Source of the DNA: an uncultured Gemmatimonadales bacterium
Lineage (GTDB): Bacteria; Gemmatimonadota; Gemmatimonadetes; Longimicrobiales; RSA9
Direction of reading: 5' to 3'
DNA length: 64,000 nt
Assembly: GCA_963708135.1 (NCBI GenBank)
Contig: OY970192.1
Coordinates: forward strand, 256,001-320,000
In this document: positions 61,775 through 64,000 of the stretch, piece by piece
Numbering within the stretch: position 1 is the first letter of the stretch
Layout: every line of letters begins with the position of its first letter
Notes under the pieces: generated by a model
The model's input: the letters and a program-made list of their open reading frames with translations, nothing else
Database searches by the model: none
Told to the model about the DNA's origin: nothing
Position numbers and translations under genes: made by a program

Positions 61775-64000
61775 CTAGAACGCGAGCCGGTGCACCACCT
61801 TCGCCACCAGCGCCCCGTTCAGCGGGCGCTCGAGCGAGCGGAGCTCCGGGAAGCGGTAGCGCGCGGAGGGGTCGGTGGTGAAGCCGGAGTTCCAGACCAC
61901 GTAGACGTCGTCGCCGATGACCGGGATCCAGTGGAAGCGCAGGTTGAAGTCGGCGCGCTGGTCCTCGTTGTTGTACTGGACGAAGGCGAGGAAGCTCGTG
62001 CGGGTGGTGAAGGCGTACTCGATGTTGCTGCCGAGGTCCACGGCCGTGAAGTGGCCGTCCGGCAGGCTGGCGGTGGTGCGGTTCAGCCGCACGCCCAGGA
62101 TCAGGTGGCCGCCGCCGCGCCAGTCGCCGGAGAGCTCGAGGTCGGTCGAGTGGCCGCCGTAGAAGCCGCCCCAGCCGAGCTGTGCCTGGCCGCTCAGCGC
62201 GCCGGCGGACGAGCTCTCCAGCTGCACCTCGCCCCGCGTCCACCAGTAGCGGCCGGCCGGGACACTGATGTCGTTGAAGATGTCGAAGGAGTCCGTGGGC
62301 GCGTCCATCTCGCGCTGGACGTTGGCCTCGAAGCGCGCGCCCGACTGGAAGTCCGCGCCGAGCACGCGCCACTCGAAGCGCGCGTACTGCCAGTCGGCGG
62401 GTTTCGTGAGGCTGCCGGTCTCGTCGGCGATGATGTCCCAGCTGGGGATCGGCTTGAGGTCGAGCTGCCGGATCCCGAGCACGCCCGGCCGCGGCTGCAG
62501 GTCGATGTGCCCGGAGGTCTCGCGGATACCCGTGCGGCGCACGAAGCCGAGGGTGGGGTTGAAGCCGGCGTCGATGCCGTAGAAGGAGACGAAGCCGTCC
62601 ACCAGGTCGTTGGGGTAGTCGAGCCCCAGTCGCCACGCGGCCGCCCGGCCGGTCGAGTCGGGCACGTCCGTGCCCGCCACCCAGAAGGAGGGCTGGAGGT
62701 TCCGTCCGCCCACGACGAGCGGGAAATCCCCGTCGATCCCCAGGGCCCGCTGGCCATGCGGGACGCCGGGCCCGGAGCGGTTCACGGCCATGAGCCCGAC
62801 CGAGGCACGGGCCAGGAGGTCGTGCTTCACCCGGACGACGACGTCGTTCGCCGCGTCGTCGCCGCCCGTGCGGGCGTCCATGAAGCCGAGCGTCCACGGG
62901 CCCACGCGGCCGTAGACGCGCGCGCCGCCCAGGATCGGCACCGGGTCGCCCGTCTCCTCGTTCAGCCCGACGCGCCGCGAGTAGAAGAGCGTCGTCCGCT
63001 CGCGTGAGCCGAAGTCGAAGAGCGCGCTCGACTCCAGGAAGAACTCACGCTTCTCCGGGAAGAAGAGCGGGAAGCGCGTCAGGTTGATCACCTGCCGGTC
63101 CGCCTCGACCTGCGCGAAGTCCGGGTTGACGGTCAGGTCGGCGGTCATCGTCGCCGTGAGGGAGAGCTTGGCGTCGAGGCCGACCTGGCCGTCCAGCGTC
63201 GAGCCGCCGAGGGCCTCGCCGGAGGGGTCGTGCTCGGGCGCGATCGCCCGGCCGAGCAGGTACGGTCGCAGCGCCCACGGGTGGCCACCCCCCAGCCGGC
63301 CCAGCCCGGCGAGCGAGCCCTCGTAGAGCTGCTCGTACAGCCCCTGCGACCGTCCCCACGAGCGCCACAGGTCCTCCTCGTTCCTGCGCCGGATGAAGCG
63401 TCGCACATTGAAGCCGAACACCGGCGCGGCGCCCGCCGGGTAGCGCAGGGTGCGGAACGGGATGCGCAGCTCCGCCGTCCAGCCGCCTTCGTCCCGGGTC
63501 ACCGCGACGTCCCAGATCCCGTTCCAGTTGTCGTTCGGATGATCGCCGCCGGAAAGCTGCGCGTCCCAGCGCGCGCCGTTCGGGTTTGTCCGGAACAGGA
63601 AGGCCGTGCGCCGGTCGTGGAAGCCGTCGATCAGCACCGTGAGGTTGTCGTCCGCCCGGAAGTCGCCGTCGCGCCGCAGCGTCGCGGCCCGGATCCCCGC
63701 CGGGTCATCATCGTACGCCCGGATGGCGACGTAGAGTGCCTCGTGGTCCCGTGCCACCCGCACCACCGTCCGCTCCGACGCCGGCGCGCCCTCGTCCGGC
63801 TCCCGCTGCCGGAAGTCGTCGATCGAGTCCGCCGCGGCCCAGACCGGCTCGAGCAGCCGCCCGTCCAGCTTCACCGACGTCTGCACGGCCGCCGCCGTCA
63901 GCGTGGCCGCCGCCGTGGCGGACGGCGGCAGGTGCTCCGAGGCCGTCTCCTGCGCGCGCCCCGGTAGCGCCGGAACGAGCACGCACAGGCAGGCGAGCGC
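61775..64000 (-). CDS. DUF5916 / CBM9-like domain outer membrane protein (5' end outside window)
   Basis: LDGRLLEPVW, FRQREP.EG, GWTAELRIPF, DLTVNPDFAQVEAD..VINLTRFPLFFPEKREFFLE, FYSRRVG, C-terminal Phe. Confidence 0.88.
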   Translation of the reverse strand, partial: ALACLCVLVPALPGRAQETASEHLPPSATAAATLTAAAVQTSVKLDGRLLEPVWAAADSIDDFRQREPDEGAPASERTVVRVARDHEALYVAIRAYDDDPAGIRAATLRRDGDFRADDNLTVLIDGFHDRRTAFLFRTNPNGARWDAQLSGGDHPNDNWNGIWDVAVTRDEGGWTAELRIPFRTLRYPAGAAPVFGFNVRRFIRRRNEEDLWRSWGRSQGLYEQLYEGSLAGLGRLGGGHPWALRPYLLGRAIAPEHDPSGEALGGSTLDGQVGLDAKLSLTATMTADLTVNPDFAQVEADRQVINLTRFPLFFPEKREFFLESSALFDFGSRERTTLFYSRRVGLNEETGDPVPILGGARVYGRVGPWTLGFMDARTGGDDAANDVVVRVKHDLLARASVGLMAVNRSGPGVPHGQRALGIDGDFPLVVGGRNLQPSFWVAGTDVPDSTGRAAAWRLGLDYPNDLVDGFVSFYGIDAGFNPTLGFVRRTGIRETSGHIDLQPRPGVLGIRQLDLKPIPSWDIIADETGSLTKPADWQYARFEWRVLGADFQSGARFEANVQREMDAPTDSFDIFNDISVPAGRYWWTRGEVQLESSSAGALSGQAQLGWGGFYGGHSTDLELSGDWRGGGHLILGVRLNRTTASLPDGHFTAVDLGSNIEYAFTTRTSFLAFVQYNNEDQRADFNLRFHWIPVIGDDVYVVWNSGFTTDPSARYRFPELRSLERPLNGALVAKVVHRLAF

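Overview
A very GC-rich bacterial chromosome segment. The mix of SusC/SusD pairs, orphan ADOP/MacB permeases, a plug-only TonB protein and DUF5916 suggests Gemmatimonadota (inference). Left to right: the end of a SusD gene, a GH18 gene, DUF971, a low-complexity secreted protein, a PLP-dependent D-threonine aldolase/D-serine deaminase-like gene, hypothetical genes, and an intact IS630 inserted at a CTAG. Next come a TetR-TolC-HlyD-ABC efflux operon (cecR/ybhGFSR-like), an S8 lipoprotein protease, alkA-ogt and tRNA-Ala(TGC). Then a Bacteroidetes-style starch utilisation locus (ROK, SusC, SusD, GH13, GH97, GH13, MFS), three orphan ABC permeases around a cytochrome c lipoprotein, DPP-IV and an FTR1 iron permease with a Fur-like box. 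The right end holds a second SusC/SusD locus flanked by amide/peptide enzymes rather than glycosidases (frameshifted S12 serine hydrolase, GGT, CocE/NonD, a COG3375-type GNAT), then nagB and a partial DUF5916 gene. The most notable observations are: (1) this peptide/D-amino-acid-type SusCD locus with GntR-like operators; (2) a dispersed family of intergenic cassettes capped by inverted G-rich telomere-like octamer arrays, enclosing hairpin repeats with compensatory changes; (3) a G-rich to C-rich gradient along transcription units. All calls come from motif recognition by eye; no searches were run.
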